Origin: Zancudomyces culisetae HAW-14-8
Taxonomy: Eukaryota; Fungi; Kickxellomycota
Assembly (NCBI GenBank): GCA_052426225.1
Contig: JBNJNM010000006.1
Coordinates: 124,001 to 188,000, forward strand
Direction of reading: 5' to 3'
Length of the DNA: 64,000 nucleotides
Position 1 is the first letter of the stretch. Each line of letters starts with the position of its first letter. Positions 57,805-64,000 of this stretch are shown in pieces. The translations under genes and the position numbers were made by a program. Under the pieces are notes generated by a model. That model saw only the letters and a list, made by a program, of their open reading frames with translations, ran no database searches and was not told the DNA's origin.

Positions 57805-60800
57805 ATGAGTGCGGAGAATATTCAAAATTTTAATCAAATCAAGTTACCTGACATCAAAAAATTTGATGGTAATCCGGAGTCATACAATTATTTTGTTGCA
57901 AGCCTTGAATTACAGTTTTGGGCCAATGAAAATGTATTCACAACTGATAAATCAAAAATTGTCTACATTGGGGCACATCTGGAAGGACCAGCAGCAATGT
58001 GGTTTCAAGATTTAATTCGCGGTAATAGTGAATATTTGCAGATTTTTGCAAGATTTTTTGGATATTTCAGTGCTAGTTTTTCTGACCCCAGTTACCAGAT
58101 TAAATGTGCAAACAAAATCAGAAAGTGTTATCAAGGAACCAGATCAATATTGAATACGCAACTGATTTTAAAATGCTTTCACGTGGTGCAGGATTTGATG
58201 ATATCTCATTAATGGACCAATATCAAAGGGGATTAAAAAGACAAATACATCAATATTTAATCATGGCACCGATCCCACATATCTTGGATGAACTTATACA
58301 AACTACTAGTGAAATCGAAAATAGGATTATTGCATTTAACAACTATACAAACAACTCTAATTATAATATTCGCAACTCTAACACCCCCAGAAATACCTAT
58401 TTTAGACATGGGCATAAGCGTTTTGGGCAAATTAAAAATGAACCAGAAGCTATGGAAGTAGACAGTATTGAAGTAAAACATGGCAAAACAACTATTAATA
58501 ACAGCAGAACATGTTTTAAGTGTGGAAAAAAGGGTCACTATATTGCTCAGTGCAAGGCTAAAGTTACGGATTTAAAAGGGACATCCAAAACTAGTGCGGA
58601 AGTTAGTTTTGGATAACATTTTTTGCGACTCTGACAACAATTTATTTACATTTAATAGACCAGTTATCGATATTAAACTGTTAACTTTAAATAAAGAATT
58701 TGTCTCATTAAAATGTCTTATTAATTCAGGCTCCTCTGAAAATTTTATTGACTCAACCACTGCAAAAAAGTTAAATCTTCCACCAAAAATGCTAAAAACA
58801 CCATTCAGAATTGAATCTATTGATGGTAACATGCTTAGTACAACTGGTATTAACCATGTATACAATGATATCAAAGTTTTAATCGGTAATGGTCACACTG
58901 AAACCATTAATCTACATCCAATTCAATCTGTTCATGGTCATGTGATTTTAGGCATGCCATGGTTAATAAAGCACAATCCAAGTATCAATTGGGATACTTT
59001 CGACATCTTATTTAATTCAAATTACTGTTTGAACAATTGTGTACATCACAAGAGACCTGTAGATATTATATACAAACCAGAAGTATCATCCGAGGATGAA
59101 AATAACGAGCAAATAAGTGAAAATAGTGATCAAAATAGTGAAAAAAGTGATGATAACAGCAGATATTATGGACAAAACAACACTTCAGAATCTGATATTG
59201 AACATTCTAACACTATTATGTCTAAAATCAAATCATACTTGTTTACATCAGGAAAGAACGTAGCACAAACGGGTGCAAAAACAAAAAATAAGATGAAAAA
59301 TATATAAAAGAATAAAGTAACACGTGAGAAAAACAAGGTCTCTGAAGCCGTACAAACTGATAATTATAGTAATTATGGATACTTACTAGATCATGACATA
59401 TTTAGTACACCTAAAACTAATAGTGCGGATGTCAATGAACAAAAACAAGAAATCATTGAAGAAAATACTAACAACAATGGTAAAAAATTAAACAAATATG
59501 ACATTGAATTTGATGAAAACATGACTTCTAGTGAGTTGAACAAACTCGTACAACAAATGTATTTGCAAAACATAAAAGATATACAAGAAAAATATAATTT
59601 ATCAGATAGTGAAGATGAAGAACAAAAAATAATTGACATTACAAAAAAGAATCAAAGTATCATTTTTCATGGAAAAAGTGATATTAATGAGTTTAAAAAT
59701 GGAAAAATGAATAAAAATATTAAAGATAACACTACCTAACCAGCATGTGTTGCTGAAAATACATTAGTCATAAACACAAATACTAATAGTTTCACACCTG
59801 AAAGTAATAAAAAAGATATCTATCAAAGAATAAATACAAAAAATTTAAGAAACATTACAAAATATTCAGAAAATATTGAAAAAATATTAACTAAAGTTAA
59901 TTTAAAAAATACAAAGGAAACATCCATTGCACCTGAAACTACCAATGAAGGTAGTACTACTTCTCCACCAACTACTGAAACCACAACTACTAAAAACTTG
60001 AACCTTGATGCATAGTTATATCCAATTTCAACTCCTACTTTTAAGCCTATAAAAGTTAAAAATATCAAAAAAAGAACACCTATAGCTATTCCATCTGCTA
60101 CTCAAGTTACTCCTATGACATCTAATACTACAGCAACAACTCTAGATAACTTGGATAATTGTTTTAAAATACAAAATTATACAAATTCAATGGATATTGA
60201 TGGGTTTTCAACTGAAAAAACACATAATATATATGAAAATATTGATGAAAAAATGGAAAAAAAAATACTTTTCAAGTATGATACTGACATCAAAACTGTT
60301 TCAAATGTTCACAATTCTGTAACTACATCTACTCCTACTGTTATACCTACAAAATATATTGAATTTACTGACGTCTTTGATGAAAAAATGGCTGAAACAT
60401 TGCCAAACCATCGTGAATATGACTGTAGAATCGATTTAAAAGAAGATTCTAAACCATTTTGGGGTCCAATATACCCACTATCTCAAACTGAGCTAACTGA
60501 ATTAAAGTCGTACATCGACAAGAATCTTGCAAACAAGTTTATAAGGCATTCAAAATCACCTTATGGTGCGCCTATAATGTTTGTAAAAAAGAAATCTGGT
60601 GAGCTAAGACTGTGTGTAGATTACAGAAAACTGAATGAAAACACTATTAAAAACAGGTATCCGTTGCCTAGAATTGATGAGGTGTTTGACAGATTAAAGG
60701 ATGCACGAATATTTACTAAATTATATCTTCGTAGTGCATATAACTTGGTCAGAATCAAAAAAGGCGATGAACCTAAAACCGCTTTTAGATGCAGATATGA

Positions 60801-63226
60801 ACATTTCGAGTATCAAGTTATGCCATTTGGATTGACTAATGCACCTGCAACTTTTCAACATTTTATTAATGATGTGTTAAGAGATATATTGGATGTTTAC
60901 GCAATATCATGCCTAGATGATATACTAATCTTTTCACCGGACATACATCAACATACGGAGCATGTTAAAAATGTTTTAAGCAAATTAAGGAAGCATAAAC
61001 TGTATTGTAAACTCGAAAAATGCGAGTTTGATGTCAAAAAAGTGACATTTTTAGGTCACATTATTAGTGATAAAGGCATATCATCTGATCCAGAAAAGAC
61101 TAAATGTGTGCATGAGTGGAATACACCAACAAAACCAAAAGATATTCAAGTGTTTATGGGCTTTGCAAACTATTACAGGAAGTTTATTGAAGGGTTTTCC
61201 AAGGTTACTAGACCACTTACAGAGTTGCTAAAAAAGGATAAAAAGTGGGAATGGTCTTCTAAAGAGCAAAATGCATTTGATACAATAAAAAATATGTTGA
61301 CATCTACACCAATACTACAATATTCAAACCCAGATAAACAGTTTATAGTTGAAACGGATGCTTCAGATTATGCAATTGGAGCTATTATATCACAATATAA
61401 TGATGATGGGAATCTTGCTCCATGTGCATATTACTCTCATAAATTGGATAAAGCGGAAATAAATTATGATATTTATGACAAAGAACTATTAGCGATTATC
61501 AATGCAATTAAAGAATGGCGTCACTACCTACAAGGAGCATCACACAAATTCATCATTTATACTGATCATAAGAATTTAGAGTCATTTAAAAATGCAAAAA
61601 TACTCAACAGAAGACATGCAAGATGGTCATTACTACTAAATGAATATGACTTTGACATCACCTACAGACCAGGAAAACAAAGTGGTAAACCTGATGCACT
61701 TTCAAGATATACTAATAATGACGATTCAAAAGTGATAAACAACAATATTATTGAGGGAAAACACTTTATTAATGCAATCATAATACCACAAAGTGAACTT
61801 ATAAACAACATTAAAACATATATTGAGCAGAATAATATCAATATTGATGATTTAAAACAACAACTAAAAGATACTGATATTATTATAAAACGTAATGGAT
61901 TAATATATATAAATGAAAAAATATATGTACCTGATGTACTAAGGATACAATTACTTCAAGAAGTTCATGATTCAGGTGCAGCTGGACATTTTGGGATACA
62001 ACAAACTATAATAAAATTGGATCGAAACTATTTTATAAAACAAAATATGAAATATGTAAAAGAATACATTAATACATGTGATGTATGTCAAAAAAATAAA
62101 TCTAACAGACATAAACAGTATGGATTGCTTCAACCGTTACCTATAGAACCTGGACCATGGAAATCTATATCTATGGACTTCATTACAGATCTCCGAAAGT
62201 CAAATGGGTATACAACAATAATGGTTATTGTTGACAGATATACCAAAATGGCACATTTCATACCATTTAAAAAGCTGCCGAATTCACCCGAAACTGTTAC
62301 TGCATACATTAAAAATGTTTTTAAACTACATGGTACACCTGATAAATCATTTCTGATAGAGGATCTCAGTTTATAAGCAAGTTTTGGAAGCGTTTTTACG
62401 AACTTTTAAACGTAAAAATAAAACAATCTAGTGCTTATCACCCTGAAACTAATGGTAAACTGAGCGTACTAATCAAACATTGGAGCAATATTTAAGGTGT
62501 TATAGCGACTACATGCAAGATAACTGGTGCAAACTACTTCCGTTAGCTGAATATTCATACAATAATGCATATCACAGTGCAATAAAGATGTCTCAATTTA
62601 AAGCTTTATATGGTTTTGATACAACATCTACACCACAAATACCAACTATTGAGATAATTCCATGTGCTGAAAATCGTGTTATAGAACTGGAATAACATCA
62701 CGAAGACATCAAAAAAGTGTTACAAAATGCAATTAAAACTGGTAAAAAGTTTGCTGATAGGAACCGAAAACGACATCCAAAGTTTAAAATAGGTGATAAA
62801 GTATGGTTAATAAGAAAAAATATACAAACTACAAGGCCTACAAATAAGTTGGACAACAAAAAGATAGGTCCATACAAGATTATAAGCAAGATTAATGATG
62901 TTACATTCAAATTACAATTACCACCGAACATGAAGATACATCCAGTATTTCATGTATCATTATTAGAAAAATGTCACACATCAGAACTCGTGATAAGACC
63001 AGACATCAGACCCCCATCACCTGTAATTATCAATAATGAAATTGAATATGTGGTTAATAAAATTTTGAATACAAAAGAAGTTGATGGTACAACATATTAT
63101 CTCATCGATTACGAAGGATACGGACTAGAAGAAAGAAGTTGGGAGCGTGAACATGATGTTAACGCTCACGAAAAAATACAAGAATTTTGGCTCAGCAAGA
63201 TCCAAAACGAACGCGAATCTGAATAA
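57805..63226 (+). pseudogene. Chromovirus gag-pol with C-terminal chromodomain, inactivated
   Basis: Gag FDGNP and CFKCGKKGHYIAQC; protease LINSGS (catalytic D>N); RT KLYLRSAY (D>Y) and CLDD; ETDAS; ISMDFI; GPY; chromodomain EYVVNKIL...YLIDYEGYGLEERSWE; several frameshifts and stops. Confidence 0.95.
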
Positions 63227-64000
63227 AACACACTTAGTAATTAACCTTATGAGGGGGAGTAGTGTTATGAATACACATGTATCATAACAATATTGTATAT
63301 TTATTACAATATGGTATTAACTAATATTAATGATATTAAATGTGTATCATTAATATTAATTAATTATTAGTTTATATTATTTAATTATTATTTAATAATT
63401 AGTTTAAAACATTAATATTGATACTATGATCAATAATAAATGTATTATCATTAATATTATGTATATTAATGAAATAAGTTTATTATTTATAAATATTTAT
63501 CATAATATTAGTTTTAGTTTTATATTACGTTTTATTATAAACTTAGTTGTATAAAAGGGTATACATTTTCCTTTGATGAAAAACTAAGTTTAACAATCTC
63601 GTTATTACTAATAAAGTTATATTAGTTATATTTAATTATTACTGTGTGTTTTGATAAACATATAATTAATAGCTTTCAAAAACTAACTGTGTGATATTTG
63701 TTAATACCATTATTATTGTGTATAATATTGGTATCTAACACTAACCAGCTCTGCAGTTAAACCAGGTGAACTGTTTAACAATTGTATCAAACTTATCTTT
63801 GGATATATTTTATCCAACTCTTCTTTTAATGAAAACTTTTTTGTACCATCAGTTATCTTATTTATGTATCTCTTATACACTTGTGCTTTTAATGGATTAT
63901 TTTCATTTATTTTTTCTACTTCTTTATTGATATCTGAAGTATTGGTACTTTCAGAACTATCTAAAGGTGTTGCTGCTGTATTTATTCTTTTATTAGCTCT

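Larger units (their letters stand above)
57238..63740 (+). mobile_element. Chromovirus (Tf1/sushi-type Ty3/Gypsy), full length; LTRs 57238-57715 and 63263-63740 (478 bp); TSD CTAAC
   Basis: TG...CA LTRs; CTAAC at 57233-57237 and 63741-63745; PPT GAGGGGGAGTAG at 63251-63262. Confidence 0.97.
53543..64000 (-). mobile_element. Ty3/Gypsy element 'G3' (same clade as G1/G2), inactivated and interrupted by a chromovirus; 3' LTR 53543-54005
   Basis: LTR TGTTGTATA...TATATGACA; PPT AAAGAGGAGGGTAC next to it. pol pieces at 54018-57237 with a TAG at 54417 and frameshifts near 56400 and 56580. gag resumes after 63745. Confidence 0.94.

Overview
AT-rich eukaryotic DNA, almost certainly fungal: it has a LYS2 aminoadipate reductase, short GT-AG introns and an ACS/Dal5-family MFS transporter. 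The TE complement and base composition suggest an early-diverging lineage such as Kickxellomycotina/Harpellales, which is inference only. A core of about 6 host genes (MFS transporter, U2SURP/SR140, a Q/P-rich surface protein, LYS2, two paralogous repeat-rich secreted proteins) lies between two transposon clusters. The most striking structure is at 3501-11687: two apparently intact Ty3/Gypsy elements and seven solo or partial LTRs of several families, abutted end to end. Every junction reads CA + 2-5 nt of T-rich spacer + TG, orientation is the same wherever it can be determined, and the intact elements are on the left with decayed ones on the right. This looks like an ordered record of repeated site-specific integration at one T-run. 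The right-hand cluster holds a LINE-like remnant, a Gypsy element, and a chromovirus nested in that Gypsy. The chromovirus has a clear Tf1-type self-priming signature and a U3 built from a chain of hairpins. Tc1 (DD34E), DIRS-type and further LINE and Gypsy relics are also present. I recognised no tRNA, rRNA or CRISPR feature.
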